A DNA stretch of 64,000 bases from Rhina ancylostomus (taxonomy: Eukaryota), in NCBI GenBank assembly GCA_030265395.1, contig JARFYF010000002.1, positions 37,064,247 to 37,128,246 of the forward strand. Direction: 5' to 3'. The notes beneath the pieces were generated by a model. The model did no database searches and was not told where the DNA came from. It saw nothing but the letters and a program-made list of their open reading frames with translations. Shown one piece after another: positions 27,711-40,219 of the stretch; the first letter of the stretch is position 1, and the number at the start of each line of letters is the position of its first letter. The position numbers were made by a program, and so were the translations under genes.

Positions 27711-27752
27711 AAGCAAGCATGCCATACGCCTAAGCAAGCATGCCATACGCCT
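27711..27752 (+). repeat. Perfect 21-bp tandem duplication within the CR1
   Basis: aagcaagcatgccatacgcct occurs twice. Confidence 0.9.
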
Positions 27753-28067
27753 TCTTTACCACCCAATCAACCTGTGCAGCCACTTTTAGGGAGCTATGTA
27801 CCTGGTCCCCAAGATCCCTCTGTTTGTCAATGCTGTTTAGGATCCTGCTATAAACTGTGTACTCTCCTTTTATGTTGGATCTCACAGAGCACAGCACCTC
27901 ATACTTGCCAGGATTAAACACCATCTGCCATTTCTCTGCCCATATCTGCAACTGATCTAAATGCCGCTGTATCCATTGGCAATCTTCTACACTATCCACA
28001 ATGCCACCAATCTTTGTGTCATGTGCAAACTTACCCACCCTACCACATTTTCTTCCAAATCACTTAT

Positions 28068-28350
28068 ATATAAAATGTATTTTTATTAGTCACATGTACG
28101 TCGAAACACACAGTGAAATGTATCTTTTTGCATAGAGTGTTCTGGGGCAACCCACAAGTGTCAACACGCTTCCAGCGCCAACATAGCATGCTCACAACTT
28201 CCTAACCCGTACGCCTTTGGAGCACCCAGAGGAGACCCACGCAGTCATGGGGAGAACGTAAAAGCTCCTTACAGACAGCGGCAGGAATTGAACCCTGATC
28301 GCTGGTGCTGTAATAGCATTACACTAACCGCTACACTACCGTGCCTGCCC
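28068..28350 (-). mobile_element. Relatively young tRNA-derived V-SINE nested in the CR1
   Basis: The minus strand starts gggcaggcacgg, with A box TAGTGTAGCGG (28328-28338) and B box GGTTCAATTCC (28284-28294), followed by V-domain gtctgtaaggag...gttctcccc.tgactgcgtgggt. Many CpGs are retained. Confidence 0.88.
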
Positions 28351-30677
28351 TGAACACCACTAGCCACAGACCTTTATCCAGACTAAGACCCATCCGCCAC
28401 TACCCTCTATGGGCAAGCTATTGTTGGATCCAATCAGCCAAGTCAGCGTGGATCCCATGCATCCTAATTTTTTGGATGAGCCCACCACGTGGGACCTTGT
28501 CAAAAGCCTTACTGAAATTCACGCAGACAACATTCACTGATCTGCCTTTATCAATCACTTTTGTCACCTCCTCAAAAAGCTCAATCAGATTAGTCAGAGA
28601 TGACCTGTCGTGCACAAAGCCATGCTGACTGTCCCTAGTTAGACCATGCTTCTTCAAATGCTCATAAATTCTGTCCCTAAGAATCCTTTCCATTAGTTTC
28701 CCTACCACTGACTGGTCTATAATGCCCAGGATCATCCCTATCTCCCTTCTTGAATAAAGGAACAACATTAGTTACCCGCCAGTCCTCCAGCACCACCCCT
28801 GTGTCTAGTGGAGATACAAAGATCTTGGTCATGGGCCCAGCAATCTCATCTCTTGCTTCTCTCAATAACCTGGATTATGTCCATCAGGCACTGGGGACTT
28901 ATCCACCTTATTGTTTTTCAAGAGACCTAATACTACCTCTTAGCTAATCTCAATGCCCTAGCATCTAAGCATGAACCACTCTGATTTCACTGTCCTCTAC
29001 ATCCTTCTCATCGGTGAATACTGACACAAAGTACTCATTTTAGGATCTCACCCATATCCTCTGCCTCTAAGCACAAGTTTGTCTATCCTCTCCCTAGTTA
29101 TCCTCTTGCTCTTGATGTATGTGCAGAATGCCTTGGGATTCTCATTAATCCTATTCACCAAGGACTTTTCATGACCCCTTCTAGCTCTCCAAAGTCCCTT
29201 CTTGAGTTCCCTTCTGGCTCCTTTATAGTCCTAAAGTACCCTGTTCAATTTTAGCTTCCTAAGCCTTACAGATGCTTCAAGTCAGATGTGGATTTGCCTG
29301 AAAACAACTCTTTCCAATTACTTTCCTTAGCTCTTGTATAATGCCTTCATAATGTGCTTTCCTGCAATTTAATACTTTCCTACAAGGTCTACTGAAAAGT
29401 CAGTCACCTGGCCAGGCTCAGTCCCCAGAACAAGATCTAGTATAGCCTCCCGTCTAGTTGGACTATCCACATGCAGCTTCAAGAAACCCTCTTGAACACA
29501 CCTAATAAATTCTATCCCATCCAAACCTTTTGCACTTTGGAGTTCCCAGTCTATGTTGGAGAAGTTTAAGTCACCCACAATGATAACCCTTCAGTATTTT
29601 GCTCCTTTCCATAATCTGTCTGTCTTTCTGCTCCTCAGAGTCCCTTTGGCTATTTGGGATAAAGTAGAAACCCATCAGATTGATGGCACATATATAGACT
29701 CAGGCGACGAGTCCCTCCATTTCTTCCCCTCTGAGTGCAGCTGTGATATTGTTCCTGACTATTAATGCAATCCCTCCCTGTTGCATCATATAGTTACTCC
29801 GCCGAACAGAAGGAAATGCCATCGTGCTTTTCCAGAAAGAAAGTGAGTTATGTCAGACCCTGATCAATATTTAACCCTCAATAAACATGACTAGGAATGG
29901 ATAAAATGAAATCTGTTGCTGTGGGTATTATGTGTTTTGATCAGGTTTTTGAGATGAACAGAACTGCATCAATAGCAAGTAGAAATAGGATGATGTAGAG
30001 TAGCTTTATTTAATGAATATCCACAAAGCGAAAGGCTTTAAAATCTCAAGTAACTGCCAATATTGTTAGTTCACTAATAATTGTGCAGTTTGAAATATTG
30101 CATGTAAGCTAAAACACTTTAATGTTGTGCTAATGGTTTGTAATGCTTTTGGTTTGCCACCTCAAATTACTTTCACTGTCATTGGGAATTATTGTCACTG
30201 ACATTACTTCAACCTAGTTTTGTGTACGAGTCTAAGTTTTGTCCAACCACAAATCTTATCCTGTACCAAAATCTATAATTGTACTGTCAGATATTTTCAG
30301 ATTTGAAGTGGAAGCATAATATGGTTTCACACATGAATCCACTCAGTACAGTGAAACATCCATTCAAACTATGGGAAATAACATTAACATTTATTGCTTC
30401 TGCTGAGATTCCACTGCTTGTCCATCAGTCTTATGATACCTAGTTAGGTAATCCTCAAGGAAGTTCACAAGTTAAGTATATTTTTTCTCTAATTGTCTAT
30501 TTCCTCTGCTGAGAGCTGAAGACTAAATAGTGTCTCAAACTATTAGTCTCAGGAATAGTCAAAAAAATCTCACATAGTCACCAAGATGGGAGTATTGATT
30601 ATTGGTTCCATAGTTTTGTGTTTGCAGATGCACAATATTACCCTCTTAATGTGTGAACAAATTTCCAAAGTTTCGCT

Positions 30678-31310
30678 GATGAAAAACACGAAGATGCTGG
30701 AGGAACTCAGCAGGCCAGGCAGCGTCCGTGGAGAAAAACAGGCCGTCAACGTTTCAGGTCAGGACCCTTCTTCAAGACTGAAGATAGGNNNNNNNNNNNN
30801 NNNNNNNNNNNNNNNNNNNNNNNNNNNNNNNNNNNNNNNNNNNNNNNNNNNNNNNNNNNNNNNNNNNNNNNNNNNNNNNNNNNNNNNNNNNNNNNNNNNN
30901 NNNNNNNNNNNNNNNNNNNNNNNNNNNNNNNNNNNNNNNNNNNNNNNNNNNNNNNNNNNNNNNNNNNNNNNNNNNNNNNNNNNNNNNNNNNNNNNNNNNN
31001 NNNNNNNNNNNNNNNNNNNNNNNNNNNNNNNNNNNNNNNNNNNNNNNNNNNNNNNNNNNNNNNNNNNNNNNNNNNNNNNNNNNNNNNNNNNNNNNNNNNN
31101 NNNNNNNNNNNNNNNNNNNNNNNNNNNNNNNNNNNNNNNNNNNNNNNNNNNNNNNNNNNNNNNNNNNNNNNNNNNNNNNNNNNNNNNNNNNNNNNNNNNN
31201 NNNNNNNNNNNNNNTTCCCTATCTTTAGTCCTGAAGAAGGGTCCTGACCGCCTGCTTTTCTGCACGGATACTGCCTGGCCTGCTGAGTTCCTCCAGCAGT
31301 CCTTTGTTTC
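30678..31310. mobile_element. Penelope-like insertion with inverted terminal repeats and a ~14-bp target-site duplication; centre is an N gap
   Basis: Left arm 30678-30788 and right arm 31215-31310 are largely reverse complements. Flanks are tccaaagtttcgct (30664-30677) and tccaaagttttgct (31311-31324). Confidence 0.8.
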
Positions 31311-32049
31311 TCCAAAGTTTTGCTACAGCAAATCCTAAAGCCTCTAAGACTAGTTCACTCGTAATTTTGCTGGAATATAAACATCAAACTCACTCAACAC
31401 TTGGCACTTGCACTGCAAATCAATAGTTAAGTTTTGAGATATTTAGCCACCAAGATTCATCCATTTAAAGACTTGCATCCATTTAAACATATGTTCTGAG
31501 TCACTGGAACACATTCCAGAGTGATTAACTAGGCAGTAATTCTGTTCCTTTTTTGTAACTTTCTTGCTTTTTTGCTGCAAAGTTAAAAGTAAAAGCTTAC
31601 AAAATAACAAGCAAAAAAGTCTGAATGTGGTCCTGAGATTAGTGCTGATTAGTGTTTGAAATTGGTATTTTCTTCGTCTTCACCTTGAATTTACCTGACA
31701 TGATTAATTCTCCTAAAGAAACTAATATTATTTGTTCCCAAACTCTACAAAGCTCCTTTAAATTTCAGAATTATCATAATGTTGTGATTTAGTTAAATCT
31801 TCTGTTTCTCTGCTATTTTTCAGTGGGCGTTCTTCATATTCTGCAGGGGAGGGGTGGGGTAGTTTTCTTGCTTTTGGAGCCAAGAGCCTCACCCATGGAT
31901 CTGTGAGTCTATTAACAATCTGCACACAATCTCATTTAACAATATAAATGGCAAAAGCTGCCCCACAAGCTAAAAGAAAACCAATAAAAAAACCTTCTGA
32001 ATACCATGAGGGGACAAAGGAATTTAGGATTCCTGCAAGTGTTTTACAC

Positions 32050-32330
32050 CTAATAAGCTATTTTTGGAATGTAGCCATTGTTGTTTTCTATACACAAACT
32101 GCAGCAAATTTGAACATAACAAGATCACATAAACAGCAATGACTTGTTCATCAGTCTCTGGCAGTGTTGGTAGGAATGTTGGTCTCGAGATCAGAAATCC
32201 TCCTTTTAAGTAATTTTACAGCATCTTGAAAATCCATCTGAATATGACGTTGCTGGCATTAATGCAAATATAGCTATCTCCTGTAATCTGAGTAGTCCTT
32301 TGGCTGTTCATTTAGAATGGGCACTAAAAG
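32050..32330 (-). mobile_element. Old DeuSINE/SacSINE1-like remnant
   Basis: tttttggaatgtagccattgttg...gcagcaaatttgaacataacaagatcacataaacagcaatg matches the recalled Deu-domain region. Confidence 0.5.
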
Positions 32331-32739
32331 GGAAGCTGTTGCAACAACATTCTTTTTAAAGAAGAATTCATGTATTCCAGCCCAATGGCACGATATTCCA
32401 TACCCTCTGGAAATTTTTACCTACAGTAAGAAAGCACCCATTGAAAAAGAGGGAGCCAGGAATGTATTAATTCCTGATTGTTTTGGGCAGCCGTTCAGTG
32501 TCAAGGATGACTTGCTTCTGCTCCAATTCTAGGAGTAGGAGGTGTCTGTGCATGATTTCTTCTAAAGTGGACTGGCCCTCACACAAGGTCACCTACATTA
32601 TGCGTTTGGTAGAGCAAAGGCTTAGTCCGGTGGCAAGGAGGTTGATGATTATTGGAAAATAGACTCTGCTGTACAGACTTAGCACAAACACATGAACGCA
32701 CAAATGTGAAGCCTACCTGCATGATTCTGCCCATACTCT

Positions 32740-33075
32740 TTCTTTGCCCTCTCTCACCGACTCGGCCCTAACCCCTCCCTCCTTCTCTCTCTTTCCTTCC
32801 CATAGCTCCCTCCCTCAGTCCCCCTCCCTGTCAGCTTCCTCCTCACTTCAGACCATTTTGTCTCAGTTCATTCCTGTTTCACTCAGCCCCTCCATCTCAG
32901 CCCCCTTGTTTCTTCATCCACCCTTTCCCTTGCCAATCCTCCACTCTCCTAAAGTTGCCACACCCCAGACTCCCTCAGTTCCCTACATTCTGGCCATTAG
33001 ACGAAACAGCATCCTCAGAACCACTTGCCTTCCCCAGCTCTACTACTCGATCTTCCCTGCCCCAACCCCTGGCAG
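32740..33075. repeat. Pyrimidine-rich low-complexity tract
   Basis: C/T-rich sequence that produces the spurious Pro/Ser-rich ORF 32744-33091. Confidence 0.7.
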
Positions 33076-35569
33076 CTATATAATTTCCTAATCTTTGTCA
33101 TTTAAAAATAAGCTCTAAAATAGTATATAAAAATATATCTTATTGATGTGCAACATCACTACTTTTGACAGAGATGCCAATTTGCTTAACATAACATATA
33201 ATAGACAAAGAAATTTAGGCCAAGTGTGTCATGCAGTTTGAGAGAGAAGTGATTTTTTTCCCCTGGAATAGTGAAATCNNNNNNNNNNNNNNNNNNNNNN
33301 NNNNNNNNNNNNNNNNNNNNNNNNNNNNNNNNNNNNNNNNNNNNNNNNNNNNNNNNNNNNNNNNNNNNNNNNNNNNNNTCCCCTGGAATAGTGAAATCAT
33401 GATTGTGTTTACATGATACGAATATATATTCTAGACGTACTCTGCAGTGCAATATTGAGGAGAGATACTTTGCCAGAAGTTTTATCTTTTGAGCAATGTG
33501 CTTAGTTACTATCCCCTTTCAGCTGACCATGTTGTAATACATGAAGCAGTTCAGGTGCAGGGAATAGGAGAGGAAAATGGGATTAGTATGAGTAAGTCCT
33601 TGATGGTTAGCAAGGACACAGTGGGCCGAAGAGACTGTTTCTGTGTTGTCTAGTTCTATGCTTTAATGACTGTTACAAGTCTGTGCCATCTGAAATGGTG
33701 ATCTAATCCATCCTTCTGTATAGTTATATGAGCATTCATTATAAGTGCGTTTATGCTTTTGCGACCCATCCCACAAAAGGAATCTTGGATCAAAACAAAA
33801 CTGAGTGATGCCAGTTCAATAGTTTGCACATCAAGCTGCACATTGGTTCGGCCAGCTTGCACCATTTGAGCAAAAATCAGCCTGTAAGAGATGACTTTTG
33901 CTCAAATAACTCTAGATATTAGTAGAAGTGTTCTAATTTTTCATTGTTTTTGAAGAGGTTTTATTTTTTAAGTAGGTACTAGGGGAATATTATTTGATTA
34001 AATATGTCTTTCTCTGCATTTTGTGACTGGCACTGCCGGCACGGTTTGTAGGTATAGCAGTATAAAGGAAGGCTTTAAAGGTTGTTGTTTTATTTCCTGA
34101 TGTAACTTCCATGTGAATGGCATGTTAATGACAAGTTTCATTAGGGATGGATCGATGCTATCTATTCAATATAAAGACGATTTAAATTATTGGTTAATTT
34201 GTATAGAAATTTTGTGTAGGGGAGGGTGAAAGTGCCCATTTCAGGAGGGGGAGGGTGGAAGAGACATTTCTTGTGTTATTTTAGAATTCCTTAATCACAT
34301 CAGCATTGGATGTTTTAAATCGAATGGTAAGGCATATAGATACTTTTAAGGGTCATTATGTAACAGATGAGGAGGAATCAACAAATAAGATGATATAGTT
34401 AGATAAAGTAAAAAGGGAGAAGGATTTTGTGAACATAAAAATATAGACGATTTGGATGGAATAACTGGTTTCTCTGCTGTAACTTCTATACAATCCTGTG
34501 TAATACTGCTAGATAATACTTCTTTGAATATAAAATGACTTTGAATTAAGCAAATTTAGAATTTACTTCAAGTTCTAGTTACAAATGAACCAGGCTGGGT
34601 TATTTACTAAACTCTCTTGCTTACTTTTACTATGATGTAACTTTCTATCTGCTTGGTTGTAGATGAATGGCCTGGCAAGAGGGAATAAGAGCGCACAATG
34701 TCATGGCTAAATCTGCAGCATAATCCTAGGAATCGAGGAACCACTTCCCTCTCCCCTGCATACCATGCAAATAGGATTATTATTTATCGCATTGTTGAAT
34801 GAGTTAAAAGTGTCTTAAACCACACACCGTGATTTGATCAAAGACACCTCCTTATGAATCGGCTGATTGATGTTGCTTCTTAAATCACTTAACCCTCCCA
34901 AAGATATAAAGTGCAAGTGTGATGAGTTGCTCCACTTGAGAATTCCTGCCAGTCTGCCTGTCAGATTGTCATACTCATGTTAATCAATTCCTCATCAGGG
35001 CTTGGGTTAGGTGTCACCCTGAGACCTATATCTTTCCATTCCCATTGATCACAGTTTCTTTACCAACAGATCAAAGGCTTCCTTTTACTCCTGTTTTGCT
35101 TACTTTGCATATTATTCCTCTACGTCATTAGATCACCTGATAAAAGTTTTGGAAGTTCTAGCGCAGAGCACTTCGACGCTCCAATTCCTCGTCATTGCTG
35201 GGTGGCTTGATGCAATTTGCCTTTTTTTGTATAACCACACATTTGGCAGTGGGCGTCGCTGTCGAGTCTTGTATAGCAGGCAAGAGGCTTGATCAAGCTT
35301 CATCAACCCTTTTCACCCTGCAACATTCCCACTTCGTTGGAAAGCGCCGTGGTGTGGAAAATACTCTTGTGTCGCCAAGATGTAATGCGCTCGAGGACTA
35401 CAGATGTCAACAGAATACGTAAAAAGTCTTTGCTTTGGTTGATTATGGATACATTCAAAACTGCATGAGTGTAAGAATATAAGGTACTGCAAGGTCACTT
35501 ATAACTTTCAAACAGTGTTTGATATTTTAGGACTGTGGATAGACTATGGATAGAAAAACAGATTTAACA

Positions 35570-35665
35570 TTAAACAGAGAATGCTGGAAATACTGAGCAT
35601 ATCAGAATCTGTGGAGAGAGAAACAGGGTTAAAATTTAAGGTCAATGACCTTTTGTCAGAAAAGA
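35570..35665 (-). mobile_element. Older Penelope-like terminal-repeat remnant
   Basis: aaacagagaatgctggaaatactgagca...atctgtggagagagaaacagggttaa...aggtcaatgaccttttgtcagaa. Confidence 0.55.
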
Positions 35666-36499
35666 AGGAAAAAAGATTTTTGATAAACCAGTGGAGGTGG
35701 CGAAAGGTGAAGTGGAACAGTGAAACTTTGACAGTTACTGGAGAGAAATATCAAAGAAGATTATGTGCCTATGCATGGCTTTAAGTACGGATCTCAGGAT
35801 GCAATAAGGTGGTGAATTTGAGAAGCACAGAATAACTTGAAGGTATCTGTAACTATAAATGGATCTGAAATGTGGTGATGGAACTTCATTTGGAATCCAT
35901 GTGGAAGAAGTTGAAGCTGAAGACATTGGCTAAGAAAGGAGTTTTGGTCATCACATTATAAAAGAAGCAATAAAGATGTATTAGGTCAAAAGAGAAAAAG
36001 AAAATCCCTGTGAAAGAGAAGGAGGGATTCTTCAAACTGAGCATTCCTGGAAGAGAAGAAGCAATGCTTTTGTATTAGTGTCAGGGGATTTTTGGTGTCA
36101 CAGGCATCACAGCCAAGCGCACTGATCCAATANNNNNNNNNNNNNNNNNNNNNNNNNNNNNNNNNNNNNNNNNNNNNNNNNNNNNNNNNNNNNNNNNNNN
36201 NNNNNNNNNNNNNNNNNNNNNNNNNNNNNNNNNNNNNNNNNNNNNNNNNNNNNNNNNNNNNNNNNNNNNNNNNNNNNNNNNNNNNNNNNNNNNNNNNNNN
36301 NNNNNNNNNNNNNNNNNNNNNNNNNNNNNNNNNNNNNNNNNNNNNNNNNNNNNNNNNNNNNNNNNNNNNNNNNNNNNNNNNNNNNNNNNNNNNNNNNNNN
36401 NNNNNNNNNNNNNNNNNNNNNNNNNNNNNNNNNNNNNNNNNNNNACAGGTATTTATTCTCTATTTTTAATTCCTTTTTAACTGAGTGTGGAGTAGTTTG

Positions 36500-36780
36500 T
36501 CAAGGCTTGTATCAAACACTGTGGTGGGGCTGAAGTCGCTACTAGCCAGACTGGGTTAGGATTGCCAATTTTGTTCTCTGACTGACATAAGTGATTTTGC
36601 TGGGCATTTCTAATAAGCTACTAGTTTCATGGTCACCATTAATGATCTGGTATTTCATCCAAGATTTATTTAATTAAATAATCAGCTGAATCTAAATTTC
36701 TCGGCTGCCACAAGAGGATCATTGAAATCACCTGCCAGGCCCTTTAACTTGTGTCCAATAATACAATCACAATGCCTCCC
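36500..36780 (-). mobile_element. Decayed SINE (same family as 20-285)
   Basis: ccagactgggttaggattgccaattt...gtttcatggtcaccatt...aagatttatttaatt...aaatttctcggctgcca. Confidence 0.45.
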
Positions 36781-38479
36781 CAGACTAACAAGAAAAATAT
36801 CAACCAGATCAATTTACTTAGTGAAGGTTGAAAATTTAGCCTAATGTTCTCAACAATGTATTTCGTTATCCCATTGGCTAGTGTCTAAACGCACAAAAAT
36901 GGGGCATTATCTGTTTATTTTTACAAAAAGACTGTAAAACTACACAAACTGTAATATCATCAGCTACAAATATAGCAGGGGAAGCTCTCATTTATTATCC
37001 CACTTAAATTCCAGTGGAATTTCAGTGAACCATGTGGGTATAATTCAGGAGATAGCGACTGTTGTCATCTCATTGGTCAACTGAGTTTTCTTCAGGCTCC
37101 CCACGTTGACACCACCACTAGCCATACCTTATCCCTGGTGACAGAGCAGGGTGTGCATCTGTTCTGACCTGAAGCTCAGAAGTGAAAGATGCCTCGTATC
37201 TCAGCTGTGAGCAGCACTAAAATTACTCTAATAAGTTGTATGTAGTAGTTCAGAGTTTTCTGACAAAATTTCTGGAGCAGGTTTGATATATTGATTGGCG
37301 TGGAGGTGGGGATGGAACTATCTGTTGAGGATTTTTCTTTAATTTGTTTGCTCTGTCAGCAACACTGTGCCAAAGCAAATGATAATGAGGCAATACTTAA
37401 TTTTTAAGATTTCAGTTAGAGGCATAACGGTAGGTTTGGAACATTAACTAGTTTTAAACTCATAGTTTTGCATTAATTAGAATAGAATTCACAGGGTAAT
37501 TAATTAAAACTGGAATGTAATCCTTTTGTTCCAATGCCATAGATAATATGTTGACAATTTATGCACCTCCCACATTTTAAACTTAGTTTGTTTCAGTATC
37601 ACTTAGCAGTGTTTCAGTGTTGACTGACTGTGGCAAATAGTGATGGTGAAATGATAATTTGCCCCATAATATACTATTTAATACACGTTACAAGTATGTC
37701 ATTGACTTTCAACTGCACTGGGCCTTCTTGAGGCTGTCAGAGGTGCTACATAAATGCAAGTCTTTTTATTTCTACATCATTTGTCTTCCCTCAAACACAC
37801 AACTTGCATTACATTAGTAATTCACCCACAGCAATATGTGCAAAATGTAGGGGCTGCATATTTTACTTCATTTTTGAAATTTAGCTCTTAACTTTTGGAC
37901 ATGAAGTACAACAGCACCTGTTGTGCATTTTCTGCAAGCAACTGAGGATAATTTACTCTCCATAATCAATGTCATTCTGTAGGATTGAAAGATCTTTGTT
38001 AAAATGCAGGAGAAATCTCAAATAAGATAAAACAGATTTGATTATTTCAAAATTGTAGCACCCATAATATTTTGCTTATGTGCCAACTTTTTTTCTTGAA
38101 CATTCAACAACATTTAAAGCTTTAGTCTTACTCACGAACCACATTTACAGCTCTGTGGCAGTTGCACTCAACGGATTACTCACTCTTGGTCTGAAGAGGA
38201 ATCACGATGAATCACAGGGAATGCAATCAGCTCTGTCTGCCCTTCACAAATGTTGATTTTATTCTTGGAACTGATATTGTTTAACTGAATCTGGTTGGGA
38301 TTAAAATGACACAGAAAGAGCTTCTTAATTTAAATTTTATATTACGTAAAATTGAGAAGATTGATGGGCAAAAATCAGAAGATTATACAGTGTTTGTAAC
38401 ACAGAAGTTGTCTTTGGAACTATCAAGGCTGTGCCAGCTTTGTGTCAGAACAATCCAGTTAGTTCTGTTTCCTGGTTAT

Positions 38480-38720
38480 CGCCCTTTGTTTTCCCTTGAA
38501 TGTTCTCTTTTTCCCTTTGGTACTTAAAGAATTAATTTTTGAAAACCATTCTTTCAGGCAGATCATAACTACATGCTGCATGAAAATATTCTTCTTGTGT
38601 CTCTTCAGGCTTTGTTTGCCAGTTACCGTGAATTTCTGGTTCTTGACCCTTCCACCAATAGAAATAGCTTTATTTATTTTGTCTAGGCTTTTCATGATCT
38701 TGAGCTCTTTTGTCTGGTAT
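38480..38720 (-). mobile_element. Highly decayed CR1 3' fragment
   Basis: ttcaggcag...atcataact...gaaaatattcttc...tggttcttgacccttccaccaa, with minus-strand peptide KIMKSLDK. Confidence 0.4.
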
Positions 38721-39280
38721 GTGACCACAGGCAACAAATCATGCTGATCTATGACCAGTTTCCTGACCACAGGCACAATGCTTTTTTTCTATGGCAGTCT
38801 ACCGTGTCAGCCATAGCAAACCATTGGAGGTCAGAAGCTTTTGCTAATGACTTAGCAGATGACTCCTGTTCACATCTCCTGCCCACCATTCATATTGATG
38901 GATAAAGTCTGTTGGGGCAGTCCCCTAGCACAGTGAAGCAATGCCCTTACTACCTCGACTACTTGAAGAGCTCTGAAGTAATCAGCAGAGAAGATGACAA
39001 GATTCATCATGGTCTCATCTGCACCTTGGCAGAAAAAGCTCTTGTCGCAAGCTTTATGCCAAGTAGTAGGATCAGGAGAAAGTGAAGGAAGAAGAAAGAT
39101 GGTGATAGCCTGGCAGCCTCTTTCTGCTTGGGCTGTCCAGATAGAACTGATCTCAGTGCAAACTCACAATCCCAATTGCTCCTTCACCATCAATCTTAGA
39201 CTTTCCCTTCCCTCTGTCATTGACCATCACAATGTCTGCTTGGCCACAATGTCAATAAAAAAAATTAGGAAAGAGTAAAG

Positions 39281-39341
39281 AGAGAAACAAAGGACTGCAG
39301 ATGGTGGAATCTAGATGAAAAACAAGATGATGCTGGAGGAA
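39281..39341 (-). mobile_element. Penelope-like terminal repeat running into an N gap
   Basis: agagaaacaaaggactgcagatggtggaatctagatgaaaaacaagatgatgctggagga is the same family as 1823 and 30678. Confidence 0.7.
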
Positions 39342-40219
39342 NNNNNNNNNNNNNNNNNNNNNNNNNNNNNNNNNNNNNNNNNNNNNNNNNNNNNNNNNNN
39401 NNNNNNNNNNNNNNNNNNNNNNNNNNNNNNNNNNNNNNNNNNNNNNNNNNNNNNNNNNNNNNNNNNNNNNNNNNNNNNNNNNNNNNNNNNNNNNNNNNNN
39501 NNNNNNNNNNNNNNNNNNNNNNNNNNNNNNNNNNNNNNNNNNNNNNNNNNNNNNNNNNNNNNNNNNNNNNNNNNNNNNNNNNNNNNNNNNNNNNNNNNNN
39601 NNNNNNNNNNNNNNNNNNNNNNNNNNNNNNNNNNNNNNNNNNNNNNNNNNNNNNNNNNNNNNNNNNNNNNNNNNNNNNNNNNNNNNNNNNNNNNNNNNNN
39701 NNNNNNNNNNNNNNNNNNNNNNNNNNNNNNNNNNNNNNNNNNNNNNNNNNNNNNNNNNNNNNNNNNNNNNNNNNNNNNNNNNNNNNNNNNNNNNNNNNNN
39801 NNNNNNNNNNNNNNNNNNNNNNNNNNNNNNNNNNNNNNNNNNNNNNNNNNNNNNNNNNNNNNNNNNNNNNNNNNNNNNNNNNNNNNNNNNNNNNNNNNNN
39901 NNNNNNNNNNNNNNNNNNNNNNNNNNNNNNNNNNNNNNNNNNNNNNNNNNNNNNNNNNNNNNNNNNNNNNNNNNNNNNNNNNNNNNNNNNNNNNNNNNNN
40001 NNNNNNNNNNNNNNNNNNNNNNNNNNNNNNNNNNNNNNNNNNNNNNNNNNNNNNNNNNNNNNNNNNNNNNNNNNNNNNNNNNNNNNNNNNNNNNNNNNNN
40101 NNNNNNNNNNNNNNNNNNNNNNNNNNNNNNNNNNNNNNNNNNNNNNNNNNNNNNNNNNNNNNNNNNNNNNNNNNNNNNNNNNNNNNNNNNNNNNNNNNNN
40201 NNNNNNNNNNNNNNNNNNN

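Larger units (their letters stand above)
27055..29780 (-). mobile_element. CR1 LINE remnant: AP endonuclease, reverse transcriptase and 3' UTR, interrupted by a SINE and internally deleted
   Basis: Minus-strand peptides GDLNFSNIDW...PTRREAILDLVL (endonuclease), EDWRVTNVVPLFKKGDRDDPGHYRPVS, SQHGF...SSLTNLIELFEEVT...NFSKAFDKVP and KFAHDTKIGG...WAEKWQMVFNPGKYEV. Contains multiple stops and frameshifts. Confidence 0.93.

Noticed and set aside
28284-28345. A-box/B-box sequence as a tRNA gene
   Set aside because: It is the head of a SINE, continues into a V-domain, and shows no full cloverleaf.
33259-33398. Direct repeat tcccctggaatagtgaaatc on both sides of a gap, resembling a target duplication or CRISPR-like repeat
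   Set aside because: It flanks an exactly 100-N placeholder gap, which is typical of an unmerged contig overlap.
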